A stretch of 28,433 bases of DNA from Candidatus Fraserbacteria bacterium (GCA_037442925.1 JBBIPG010000029.1:1-28433); one strand, 5' to 3'; shown: positions 9,746 through 18,465, counted from the first letter of the stretch. A program made the numbers and translations. The notes: generated from the letters alone by a model not told the origin.

Positions 9746-11161
9746 ATGCGAACTGTGATCGGCTTGGAGGTCCATGCACAGCTGGCCACCCGCACGAAGC
9801 TCTTCTGCGCCTGCCGCGCGGATTATTTTCAAGCGCCGCCGAACTCCCATTGCTGTCCGGTCTGCCTGGGGATGCCTGGCGCACTTCCCGTACTCAACCA
9901 GCAAGCTGTCGAGTTCGCCCTCAAAGCAGCTCTCGCTCTTCATTGTGAGATCCCGCTGCGCTCCAAATTCGACCGCAAGAACTATTTCTACCCGGATCTC
10001 CCGAAGGGCTATCAAATCTCACAGTACGATGAGCCATTGGCGCTGGGAGGCTACCTCGATCTGGAACTCGAGAACCATGAAACAAAGCACATTCGCCTAA
10101 GACGATTACACCTAGAAGAGGATGCCGGAAAACTCATCCACGAGCCCGATGGTCGAAGTCTGGTGGATCTCAACCGTTGTGGTGTGCCCTTGATTGAGAT
10201 CGTCACCGAACCCGACTTGGCCTCTCCCGAAGAAGCGGCGGAGTTCATGCGCCAGCTCCGCCAAGTCTTGCGTTACACGGGCGTCGCCAGCGGCGACATG
10301 GAGAAAGGGGAACTTCGCTGCGATGCGAACATCTCCATCAGCACCAATGGGAAGCTAGGTACCAAGACGGAAATTAAAAACATGAACTCGTTTCGCGCCG
10401 TGGAAGAAGCCCTCAGGTATGAAGAGACGCGGCAGCGAGAGCTTCTGAAGTGGGGTGAGAAGATCATTCAACAGACCTTCGGCTGGAACCCGGACACGGG
10501 CAAAGTGGAGCCTCAGCGCTCAAAAGAAGAAGCCGAGGATTATCGCTATTTCCCTGACCCCGATCTCGTCCCTGTGGTCGTAGATGATGCCTGGAAGAAG
10601 AGGCTCTTGAGCGGGCTACCGGAGCTTCCGGCAGAGAAGCGACGTCGGTGGAAGCAGGAGTACGAACTGCCCGATTATGACATTCGAGTACTCACGGAAG
10701 AGCGAGAGATTGCCGAGTACTTTCAGTCTGTGTTGGAGCATTTCAATAAGCCGAAGACCGTGAGCAACTGGATGATGACGGAGCTTCTTCGTCTGCTAAA
10801 AGAATCTCCGGATGGGGGAATTCGTATCTCGCCGAAAGACTTTGCTCACGTCTTACAGAAAGTCGAAGAGGGCTCGATCAACCGCAACACGGGCAAAGAA
10901 GTGATCGAAGAGGCGTTCAAGACTGGAAGATCTCCCCAGAGCATCATCGAAGAGAAGAGCCTCACTCAGATTTCCGATGAATCGGCTCTCGTCGCATTGG
11001 CCGATCAAGTGATCGGCGAGCAAGCCAAAGCGGTGGAGGATTTTCGCTCGGGTAATGAGAAAGTGCTGGGGTTCTTGGTGGGTCAGCTCATGGCCAAAAC
11101 GAAAGGACGAGCGAACCCGCAGGTTGCAGCACGAGTTCTCCGAGAACGGCTAAGAGGGTAA
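9746..11161 (+). CDS. gatB: Asp-tRNA(Asn)/Glu-tRNA(Gln) amidotransferase subunit B
   Basis: IGLEVHAQL, FDRKNYFYPDLPKGYQISQ, LEEDAGK, RCDANIS, YRYFPDPDL, C-terminal YqeY-like domain. Confidence 0.98.
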   Translation: MRTVIGLEVHAQLATRTKLFCACRADYFQAPPNSHCCPVCLGMPGALPVLNQQAVEFALKAALALHCEIPLRSKFDRKNYFYPDLPKGYQISQYDEPLALGGYLDLELENHETKHIRLRRLHLEEDAGKLIHEPDGRSLVDLNRCGVPLIEIVTEPDLASPEEAAEFMRQLRQVLRYTGVASGDMEKGELRCDANISISTNGKLGTKTEIKNMNSFRAVEEALRYEETRQRELLKWGEKIIQQTFGWNPDTGKVEPQRSKEEAEDYRYFPDPDLVPVVVDDAWKKRLLSGLPELPAEKRRRWKQEYELPDYDIRVLTEEREIAEYFQSVLEHFNKPKTVSNWMMTELLRLLKESPDGGIRISPKDFAHVLQKVEEGSINRNTGKEVIEEAFKTGRSPQSIIEEKSLTQISDESALVALADQVIGEQAKAVEDFRSGNEKVLGFLVGQLMAKTKGRANPQVAARVLRERLRG

Positions 11162-11162
11162 A

Positions 11163-13484
11163 TCAGTCACACTCCGAGAACCCGCAGTCGCTGCAGATAT
11201 AGCAGCCGTTGGTGAACATGAGCAAGCCGCCGCAGCTCGGACAAAGCTCTGCCTGACGCTTGTGGTCGTGTCCGTTGGTTCCCACCTCAGGGTGCTTAGC
11301 GGTTTGAGTCGCTTTGACATCCTCCAGGAGCGCCAGCTGCTCTCCTCCCTTCAAATACTCCTCCATGGCCTTGGCAATGGCATCCGGCACTGAGAAGACG
11401 ACTTTCCCATCTTCTTGCACCACGGGCCGTAACCCTCGGATGAGGCTGAGTTCGTCCATCACGACTGTGGGCTTTACCCCGGAGCGTAGCGCGAGCGAGA
11501 TGAGGCGCCCAATCGCTTCCGTGAAGGCCATGCCCGAAGAGCCAGACTTGCCCAAGTTGGCAAAGACCTCCACCATGCCTTTGTCATCCTCATTGATGGT
11601 CACGTAGATGTTGCCCATCTCCGTCTTCATGCGATACGTCTTGCCTTTCACAACCTGAGGCCGCGGTCGAGGAGTGATGGTCGCCCGCTTGCGAGCTGCT
11701 TCTCCTTGCGTGATGAGAATCCCCTCCCGCGAGCCCTCGCGATAGACGGTGATTCCCTTACAGCCCAGCTTCCAGCCCAGAAGATAAATCTTCGCGACTT
11801 CTTCCGGCGTGATATCCCGCGGTAGATTCACGGTGCTGGAGATCGCATGATCAATATGTCTTTGAATTGTGGCCTGCATCTGCACGCGAAACTCGGGCTT
11901 GATCTGATGCGCCGTGACGAAGAGATTCGGCAGTTCCTTGGGATCTTTCAGGCCGAAGCGATCCATGTACTCTTGTACCAGCGGGTGATGAACTTGGAAT
12001 TCCCCCTTGCTCAAGGATTTAGATTTCCTCACGTAACTGAGCTCGAAGATGGGTTCAATGCCCGACGTGCAGCCGGCCAATACAGAGCCAGATCCCACAG
12101 GCGGCACCGTGAGGAGCGCGGCATTCCGCAAGCCGTGCGCCTTGATCTTGCTAAGGACTTTCCTATCCAGTCTCTGTATGAAGGGACTCTTGAGGTGCTT
12201 CTCCAATTCAAACGCCGGGAAGGTCCCTTTCTCTACAGCCAGCTGCGTGCTCTCGTCATAGACGATGTCCTTGGCTCTCTCGAAGAGTTCATCCGTGAAC
12301 TCGATAGCTGCCTCCGTGTCGTACTTGAACCCCAGCCGGATCAGCATATCGCCGAAGCCCGTGAAGCCTACGCCGATTCGGCGAGAGTGGAGCGAGGTCG
12401 TCTTCTGATGCCTCAGGGGGTGCTTGTCTTGATTGTAGTCGAGCACGTTGTCGAGGAAGCGAGTGGCATAACGGAGTGCCGATTCAAGATTCTCCCAGTC
12501 GACTTGGGCTCCCTTTTCGAATTCGCCCTGGACGAACTTGGCAAGATTCACGTTGCCCAGGCAGCAACAGCCGTAGGGCTCGAGAGGAATCTCGCTACAA
12601 GGATTTGTTGTAATCACTTCCATACCATTATATTCTGTGGTCGACTCGCGCTTCACGTTGTCCCAGAGGATGAGTCCCGGCTCCGCGGAGGCATGCGCAT
12701 TCTTGATGAGCTTCTCCCAGACTTCTTTGGCACGAACCTTCTTGGTGAAACGCCCGATCACGTCGTTCTCATAGCGCAGCGTGAACGGTCTGTCTTTCTC
12801 GACCGCCTCCATGAACTCGTCCGTGAGTCGCACGCTGATGTTGGCGTATTGAACTTTCGTGCGCGAGGGATCGTTCTTGATCTCAATAAACTCCATTACA
12901 TCTGGATGATCGCAACTGATCGTGAGCATCAAGGCTCCACGACGCCCGGCCTGCCCGATGGTGCCCGTGGTCATGGAGAAGAGATCCATAAACGAGACCG
13001 AACCCGTAGAATAGATCGCCGCGTTATTGACGGGCGCGCCTTTGGGGCGCAGAACACTAATATCTGTTCCGACGCCACCTCCGAACGAGTAGGTGCGTGC
13101 GGCTTCCTTACACCATTCGAAGATGGCTTCAATGGAATCCTCATGAATGGGAATCACATAACAGTTAAGCAATGTAGCGTTCCGCGGCTGTCCCGCCCCG
13201 AACATGATGCGCCCGCCGGGGATGAACCGAAAATCCTCCAGAAGCCAGTAGAACTTCTTCTGCCATTCCTTCTGTTTCTCTCTCGTGGCCTCGACGGACG
13301 ACATCTCTTTTGCAATGCGCTTCCACATCTCCAGAGGAGTCTTCTCTACCACCTGACCCTCTCCATCTCTAAGAGCGTACTTATCTAAAAAGCAGCGGAT
13401 TCGTAATTCATCGCCCCCAAAGAATTCCACCGTCTCCGTCGGAAATTGGGCTCCCTCCCATTTCACGGAAGCACGCTCACTCAT
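11163..13484 (-). CDS. nrdJ: Adenosylcobalamin-dependent (class II) ribonucleotide reductase with C-terminal TSCPD-like domain and Zn ribbon
   Basis: PGGRIM, LLNCYV, GGGVG, TNPCSEIPL, CCLGNVNL, RRIGVG, GITVYREGSR. C-terminus CPSCG...CSDCGFSEC. No nrdB nearby. Confidence 0.93.
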   Translation of the reverse strand: MSERASVKWEGAQFPTETVEFFGGDELRIRCFLDKYALRDGEGQVVEKTPLEMWKRIAKEMSSVEATREKQKEWQKKFYWLLEDFRFIPGGRIMFGAGQPRNATLLNCYVIPIHEDSIEAIFEWCKEAARTYSFGGGVGTDISVLRPKGAPVNNAAIYSTGSVSFMDLFSMTTGTIGQAGRRGALMLTISCDHPDVMEFIEIKNDPSRTKVQYANISVRLTDEFMEAVEKDRPFTLRYENDVIGRFTKKVRAKEVWEKLIKNAHASAEPGLILWDNVKRESTTEYNGMEVITTNPCSEIPLEPYGCCCLGNVNLAKFVQGEFEKGAQVDWENLESALRYATRFLDNVLDYNQDKHPLRHQKTTSLHSRRIGVGFTGFGDMLIRLGFKYDTEAAIEFTDELFERAKDIVYDESTQLAVEKGTFPAFELEKHLKSPFIQRLDRKVLSKIKAHGLRNAALLTVPPVGSGSVLAGCTSGIEPIFELSYVRKSKSLSKGEFQVHHPLVQEYMDRFGLKDPKELPNLFVTAHQIKPEFRVQMQATIQRHIDHAISSTVNLPRDITPEEVAKIYLLGWKLGCKGITVYREGSREGILITQGEAARKRATITPRPRPQVVKGKTYRMKTEMGNIYVTINEDDKGMVEVFANLGKSGSSGMAFTEAIGRLISLALRSGVKPTVVMDELSLIRGLRPVVQEDGKVVFSVPDAIAKAMEEYLKGGEQLALLEDVKATQTAKHPEVGTNGHDHKRQAELCPSCGGLLMFTNGCYICSDCGFSECD

Positions 13485-13613
13485 GGTTGTCTATCCCCCT
13501 TTTATGGTATCTGAGGCGAGGCCGTTTTGAAAGCCTAGCGTGATCAACAAGGGTGATGAATCGCTCCTTACCCATTATAGAAAGTGTGAGAAGCGGAGTA
13601 TGTAACTTGGAAG

Positions 13614-13703
13614 ACTCTCACCCGCCGCCTCCGGGGGCGATCTTACCTCCTCGAGATAGCGGAGGTCAACCCCGGCAGCGGTCACCCTCAGCCACAAGAG
13701 AGT
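13614..13703 (-). other. GC-rich multi-stem inverted repeat (candidate structured RNA or terminator) between the MBL hydrolase gene and nrdJ
   Basis: Nested minus-strand pairings ACTCTC/GAGAGT, CCGCTGCC/GGCGGCGG, GGGG/CCCC, ACCTCC/GGAGGT. Confidence 0.45.
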
Positions 13704-13711
13704 GAGAAGAT

Positions 13712-14392
13712 TCAGAATTCATGACTCTCTCCGGGTCTCAAGACGATCACTTGACTCTTCGTTTGTGACTCAACGGCTCGCTGGAAGGCAGCCACGTCCT
13801 GCTGGATGGGGGGAAACGTGTTGTAGTGAATCGGGATGACCTGCTTCGGCTTGAGCAGCTTCACCGCCTCGATGGCATCTTCTGGGTCCATAGTATAGTG
13901 ACTCCCGATGGGAACCAGCGCCAGATCGAGACCCTTTCTGCCGATGAGCGCCATGTCGCTAAAGAGCGCCGTGTCTCCGGCGTGATAGATCACCTTGCCC
14001 TCTTTGCTCGTGAATACGATGCCGCAGGCCTGGCCCATGTATTTCCCATCGATGCTCGAACTGTGCAAGGCCGGAGTGAACATCACTTTACCGAACTCAA
14101 ACTCCTTGACTCCTCCCGTGTTCATTCCCACGGTATGGGGCGCCCCTTGAGATTGGCAATAGCTTGCCAACTCAAAGGTGGCGATCACGGGGCACTTGTG
14201 TTTCTTGGCCATGGGCACAGTGTCTCCCACGTGATCCGTGTGCCCATGGGTCAGAAGAATGGCGTTGGGCTTAAAATCGTCAGGCTTCTGGACTGCCGCT
14301 GGATTCTGGCTGATGAAGGGATCGATTAAGACCGCATGGCCGCCACTCTGGATCTCTACAGCGGAATGGCCGATATACGTGATCTTCGCCAT
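13712..14392 (-). CDS. UPF0173 metal-dependent hydrolase (metallo-beta-lactamase fold)
   Basis: GHS, IDPF, THGHTDH, ALHSS, YHAGDT, PIHYNTFP motifs. Confidence 0.92.
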   Translation of the reverse strand: MAKITYIGHSAVEIQSGGHAVLIDPFISQNPAAVQKPDDFKPNAILLTHGHTDHVGDTVPMAKKHKCPVIATFELASYCQSQGAPHTVGMNTGGVKEFEFGKVMFTPALHSSSIDGKYMGQACGIVFTSKEGKVIYHAGDTALFSDMALIGRKGLDLALVPIGSHYTMDPEDAIEAVKLLKPKQVIPIHYNTFPPIQQDVAAFQRAVESQTKSQVIVLRPGESHEF

Positions 14393-14411
14393 GTTTCACT
14401 CCTCTTTGTGA

Positions 14412-14488
14412 TGGTCGGGGCGGCCGGATTTGAACCGGCGACCACTCGCACCCCAAGCGAGTGCGCTACCGGGCTGCGCCACGCCCCG
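14412..14488 (-). tRNA. tRNA-Pro (GGG)
   Basis: Reverse complement CGGGGCG...CTCGC-TTGGGGT-GCGAG...GGTTCAAATCC...CGCCCCG-A-CCA. Confidence 0.97.
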
Positions 14489-14511
14489 AGTTAAGAGAAT
14501 TGCCATGGGCA

Positions 14512-14540
14512 TTTATAACCGTTTAGCACATCCATTGCAA
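14512..14540 (-). promoter_or_regulatory. Promoter for tRNA-Pro(GGG) and probably the MBL hydrolase
   Basis: Minus strand TTGCAA-17 bp-TATAAA, 23 nt upstream of the tRNA. Confidence 0.65.
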
Positions 14541-14698
14541 GAAGAGACTCACTCCTCTGCTCTACTGAGGTGACCTCCCCTCACTGTCGGTAACCTCAAC
14601 GGAATGTGTATAATGCAGGTTAGTCCAACGAGTCGTCTGTGGCATGAGCGATGCGAACTAAGCCGCACTGTACTATAACAAGAGGAGGTATCTTCGAT

Positions 14699-16288
14699 AT
14701 GAAACGATGGATCATCTTGCCCGCGCTCGCCTTGGTCGCCGTGGCTATCGCTCTGATTTCGATCTTCTCTTCCTCGCCCACTACGCCCACCAATCCTCAA
14801 GCGCCGAATGCTCTTTCCGCGCCGCAGCAGGAACAACTGAAGTCTGCGGAGCCCAAGATCTCCACAGCTCAGCTCCCAGCTCCGAACGTGGAATCCAACC
14901 CGGACCAGACTACGGCAGCTCTCGAGACCCTGACCAAGGAAGAATTGCAGAGCTTGATCACAGCCGCGGGACAAAACGCGATCAAGACGGCCATCAAGAG
15001 CGTCGCCCCCGCGGTCGTGCAGGTGCGGGTTACCGTGAAAGGATCCAATCCCCTTCAAGAGTTTTTCAATAACGATCCCTACTTCCGACGCTTCTTCAAC
15101 ATCCCAGAAGGCGATCAGCAGCAATCTTCGTTGGGGTCTGGGTTTTTCATCTCGTATCGGGGCCAGAAGTATCTATTGACGAATAATCACGTGATCGACG
15201 GAGCCATCAGCATTCAGATCCTGCCCCCTGATCACGCTCCTCTCAAGGCCGAAGTGATCGGATCCGACGCCCAGCTGGATCTAGCCGTCCTGCGGGTCGT
15301 AGGCAACGGCGCGGAGGATCTGCCGGTGGTAGAGCTGGGCAACTCCGAGCAAGTGGAAGTGGGCGATTGGGTCGTTGCCATCGGCAATCCCTTTGGACTA
15401 GATTACACGGTCACGGCGGGAATCATCAGCTACTTGCACCGCGATATCCCCCGCCCCAACGGGAGCTGCTGCTTCCGCGACATGATCCAGACGGACGCCG
15501 CGATCAACCCCGGCAACTCGGGAGGCCCCCTGGTCGACGCCCAAGGGCGCGTTATCGGGATCAACACCGCGATCGTCTCCAATGCCGCCGGCTTGGGATT
15601 TGCCATCCCCATCAACAGCGCCCAGCGGGTCTTGGATCAACTGGTCAATCAGGGGAAGGTCACCCGCGCTTGGCTGGGAGTCCTCATTGCGGAGCTTACG
15701 CAAGATAAAGCAGAGTACTTCGGCCTCCAGCCGTACAGTGGCGTGTTGATCAGCGACACCATCCCAGGCGGGCCATCCGAAGGGATACTGCAAGAGGATG
15801 ACATCATCCTGAGCGTCAATGGCCAGCCGACTCCCCGCGTGAGGGACCTGCAGGACGCCATTCAGTATCGCCAAGTTGGCGAGGTGGTTCAGCTGGAAGT
15901 GCTGCGTGCCGGGGAGCGAATCACACTTGAGATTCCACTGGCCGAGCGTCCCAGTGATGAAGCGCTGGCACAGATGGGTTCATCCAGATCAGCCCAGGAG
16001 CAGGCCCAGCAGGCCCTGGGGCTGACCGTTCAGGCGAACTCCCAACAACTCGCGCAACAATTGGGGCTGGGCACGAGTGAAGGCGTAGTCATCACTCAAG
16101 TCGAAGCCGGCAGCGCTGCGGATCTCGCTGGGTTGCAGCCGGGCGAGGCCATTGTCATGGTCAATAACCGCGCCATCCGCACCTTGGCCGATTGGAACCA
16201 GACCGTGAGCCAACTCAAGAAAGGCTCATTGGTGGCATTGCGTGTCATGCATGGGATGGTCAAACGGTTGGTGATCCTCTCACCTTAA
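14699..16288 (+). CDS. htrA: HtrA/DegP (Do) family serine protease with two PDZ domains
   Basis: AGGAGG before ATG 14699. N-terminal signal/TM segment. TNNHV, DLAVL and QTDAAINPGNSGG catalytic triad motifs. PDZ domains start at WLGV and ALGLTV. Confidence 0.93.
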   Translation: MKRWIILPALALVAVAIALISIFSSSPTTPTNPQAPNALSAPQQEQLKSAEPKISTAQLPAPNVESNPDQTTAALETLTKEELQSLITAAGQNAIKTAIKSVAPAVVQVRVTVKGSNPLQEFFNNDPYFRRFFNIPEGDQQQSSLGSGFFISYRGQKYLLTNNHVIDGAISIQILPPDHAPLKAEVIGSDAQLDLAVLRVVGNGAEDLPVVELGNSEQVEVGDWVVAIGNPFGLDYTVTAGIISYLHRDIPRPNGSCCFRDMIQTDAAINPGNSGGPLVDAQGRVIGINTAIVSNAAGLGFAIPINSAQRVLDQLVNQGKVTRAWLGVLIAELTQDKAEYFGLQPYSGVLISDTIPGGPSEGILQEDDIILSVNGQPTPRVRDLQDAIQYRQVGEVVQLEVLRAGERITLEIPLAERPSDEALAQMGSSRSAQEQAQQALGLTVQANSQQLAQQLGLGTSEGVVITQVEAGSAADLAGLQPGEAIVMVNNRAIRTLADWNQTVSQLKKGSLVALRVMHGMVKRLVILSP

Positions 16289-16306
16289 GATCTCCAGAAG
16301 GAGCAG

Positions 16307-16335
16307 TTGCACGGCGACGGCCTCGGGGCTACAAT
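16307..16335 (+). promoter_or_regulatory. Promoter for tRNA-Pro(CGG)
   Basis: TTGCAC-17 bp-TACAAT. Confidence 0.65.
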
Positions 16336-16354
16336 GCCCTGAGGCTTTTCATCT

Positions 16355-16428
16355 CGGAGAGTGGCGCAGCTGGCTAGCGCGCAGCGTTCGGGACGCTGAG
16401 GTCGCCGGTTCAAATCCGGCCTCTCCGA
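16355..16428 (+). tRNA. tRNA-Pro (CGG), CCA not fully encoded
   Basis: CGGAGAG acceptor, CAGCG-TTCGGGA-CGCTG anticodon arm, GGTTCAAATCC, CTCTCCG-A followed by CCC. Confidence 0.95.
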
Positions 16429-16433
16429 CCCGC

Positions 16434-17078
16434 TCACAACCACGTGCTCAGCACATATGCGAGGCCCAGCACCAGAACAACCAGAGCCACCCCCAAAAGA
16501 ATCCCCAATACGTCCTCACGGATCAACCCTGATCCGGACGAGCCAGGGACCTGGATCGTCCTCCCCTGGGCGACCAACTGAAGGATCTGGTTGATGCCAC
16601 CGACGATGCCCTGCGCGAACTGCTGCCGCTCAAAAGCCGGCTGAATGACCGTCTCGCTGATCTTCTTCAGTTGCTCATCCGGTACGGCAGCCTCCAATCC
16701 CCTGTTGGTCACGAGTCGATATTGACCGTCGTTCACCGCCACCAAGAAGAGCAGAGTCTTGCGCTTGGCGTCTTCTTCACCCAGGTTCCACGTCTCTGAA
16801 ACCCTACTTCCGTACTCGTTGATGCCCACGGTATTCAATGTCAAGATCGTCAAGACGTAGATCTCGACACCCATCTCCTGCTTCACCTGATCGAGCAACC
16901 GATTGAGTTCGCCCTCGGCCTGCTCATCGAGGATCTGGGCGTAATCGGAGACGTAGTCCACGCGAGCCGGGATGGGAAGTTCTTCTTGAGAGTAGACCGG
17001 ATTGACAGCTGCCACAGCTACAAAAGTGATAGCGAGAACCAAGCTGAGGTTGAGCAAGAGCACATGTTTGGGGTGCAT
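16434..17078 (-). CDS. TPM-domain (YgcG-like) membrane protein
   Basis: Signal/TM segment, VSDYAQIL...EIYVLTI...WNLG...LLFLVA...GLEAAVPD...IQPAF, C-terminal TM. Start placed at ATG 17078 after AAGGAGG. Confidence 0.88.
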   Translation of the reverse strand: MHPKHVLLLNLSLVLAITFVAVAAVNPVYSQEELPIPARVDYVSDYAQILDEQAEGELNRLLDQVKQEMGVEIYVLTILTLNTVGINEYGSRVSETWNLGEEDAKRKTLLFLVAVNDGQYRLVTNRGLEAAVPDEQLKKISETVIQPAFERQQFAQGIVGGINQILQLVAQGRTIQVPGSSGSGLIREDVLGILLGVALVVLVLGLAYVLSTWL

Positions 17079-17149
17079 GATCCGTTCCGTCCTCCTTAGT
17101 ACAGAGGAGCTTACCAGAAGGCTCCTTAAGTCTGCAAGCACTTACGTGT

Positions 17150-17178
17150 TTGACGCTCGGAGAGCTTGCTGTTAGAAT
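17150..17178 (+). promoter_or_regulatory. Promoter of the tRNA Gly-Arg-His cluster
   Basis: TTGACG-17 bp-TAGAAT with TGn extension. Confidence 0.8.
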
Positions 17179-17191
17179 GTTCACGCTACTG

Positions 17192-17265
17192 GCGGATGTA
17201 GCTCAATGGTAGAGCATCGGCCTTCCAAGCCGAAGACGCGGGTTCGATCCCCGTCATCCGCTCCA
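17192..17265 (+). tRNA. tRNA-Gly (TCC)
   Basis: GCGGATG/CATCCGC acceptor, TCGGC-CTTCCAA-GCCGA, ends T-CCA. Confidence 0.97.
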
Positions 17266-17300
17266 AAACGGCGCGAAGCGCTTAAGCCCACGCGCAGCGT

Positions 17301-17375
17301 GCGCCCGTAGCTCAAAGGAAGAGCAAGAGCCTTCTAAGCTCTAGGCTGCAGGTTCGAGTCCTGCCGGGCGTACCA
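17301..17375 (+). tRNA. tRNA-Arg (TCT)
   Basis: GCGCCCG/CGGGCGT acceptor, AGAGC-CTTCTAA-GCTCT, ends A-CCA. Confidence 0.96.
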
Positions 17376-17387
17376 GAAATAGCGCTG

Positions 17388-17448
17388 AGCAGTCAGCGAT
17401 TAGCTGTCAGCAAAGACACTGAGAGCTGAATGCTGATCGCTGAAAGCT
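17388..17448. repeat. Inverted heptamer-repeat hairpin in the tRNA spacer
   Basis: (AGCAGTC)(AGCGATT)(AGCTGTC)AGC ... (CTGAGAG)(CTGAATG)(CTGATCG)(CTGAAAG)CT. Confidence 0.75.
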
Positions 17449-17456
17449 TCGCCCGT

Positions 17457-17534
17457 GAGGGACGTAGCTCAACCTGGCAGAGCATCGGCCTGTGGAGCCG
17501 ACTGTTGCGGGTTCAAATCCCGTCGTCCCTCCCA
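17457..17534 (+). tRNA. tRNA-His (GTG) with encoded G-1
   Basis: G-AGGGACG/CGTCCCT-C-CCA (G-1:C73), TCGGC-CTGTGGA-GCCGA. Confidence 0.96.
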
Positions 17535-17540
17535 AAAATC

Positions 17541-18291
17541 TCAGCGGAGTGGTCTAAGATCTTCTAGCAGGCGCGTAAAGGCGACAGCTCTCACCTGCTT
17601 GCGGAGCCAGAACGTGTAATCCCCACAGTGAATCACATCGAGTCGGCTTAACTTGAGGTCTGAGGATGCTTGTCTCATCGATGGTGTCAAGCGCGGAGCA
17701 CTCGTGCGTTTGATCTCAAATCCCCACCGCTGCTGACCACGCACGACCAAAAGATCCAATTCGGCCCCGCCATGGGTGGCCCAGAAGAAACACTCCTCTG
17801 ACCGGGCACGTAACTGACGAATGACCTGCTCGAGGACGAATCCTTCCCACGATGCACCAACCTTCGGATGTCCTTCCAGATCTCGGAGTGTGCTCAGACC
17901 GATCAAGGTGTGCATCAGAGCGACCGGCGAGAGTTTCTGAACTTTGGCGCAATAGATGCGGCGAGGCGCTTCCCAGTACGAGGAATCTCGTGGCGGAACG
18001 GGGATGATCAATCAATACGCGTAGCACGGGAAACAGGTCCGGCTGGCGTTGGATTTCATCGATGATTACGAGACCTTTCACTCCTTTGAGAGCCAGCATG
18101 GGATCGCTGAGCCGTGCAACGTCCTCTGGATTCTCCAGGTCGAAGTACGAGACGGCCATTCTCGTCTTCGCCGCCAAGGAACGGGCTAACGTTGTTTTGC
18201 CCACCTGACGCGCACCGACAATACCGACGGCCCTGTACCTCTTGAGCATTCTTTGGAGTGAAGCAAGCTCTCTGTGGCGTTCGAGCATCAT
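17541..18291 (-). pseudogene. AAA+ ATPase (AAA_14 + DUF4143) pseudogene with internal deletion and frameshift
   Basis: N-part has GARQVGKTT, IIDEIQ, LGSAS, SETLAGR. It jumps at 17920/17919 into another frame with LMHTLIG...HPKVGASWEGF...ELDLL...FEIKR (PD-(D/E)xK-like end). Confidence 0.88.
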
Positions 18292-18296
18292 ATAAG

Positions 18297-18339
18297 TTAC
18301 CTTGAAAATTCTGTGGCAACCGCCGAGTTTTCAAGGTAA
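18297..18339. promoter_or_regulatory. Perfect 12-bp inverted repeat immediately upstream of the ATPase start
   Basis: TTACCTTGAAAA-19 nt-TTTTCAAGGTAA. The spacer can also pair partly. Confidence 0.6.
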
Positions 18340-18465
18340 TACATCCTCACGACGGATGCAAGTCGTGACGGGAAAGGCTTCTCTCACAGAGGAGTCACTG
18401 GGGAAGAAGCAGCGCTCAGAGCTGCATCCTGTCCCCCGGCGCTTGAAGATACTCCCTCCGTCGCT

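Noticed and set aside
11150..11175. gatB and nrdJ convergent with a 1-bp gap
   Set aside because: Real, but common in compact genomes. No further signal.
11847..13388. 513-aa plus-strand ORF
   Set aside because: Lies antisense to nrdJ with no recognisable motifs. Shadow ORF caused by codon bias.
11163..13484. Intein or intron in nrdJ (a common host)
   Set aside because: Normal length with continuous motifs and no Cys...His-Asn insert.
13485..13711. Cobalamin riboswitch, NrdR box, SRP RNA or HDV-like ribozyme upstream of nrdJ
   Set aside because: Conserved cores not found. The CTCCTCG stretch lacks the P3 pairing needed for an HDV fold.
14520..14550. CIRCE element near htrA (TTAGCAC)
   Set aside because: Only a partial left arm, with no GAGTGCTAA after 9 nt.
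17868..18011. N-terminus of the ORF-track protein 17541..18011 as a separate gene
   Set aside because: Residues upstream of the 17919 junction are an out-of-frame reading of the ATPase N-part. Both ORFs are pieces of one pseudogene.
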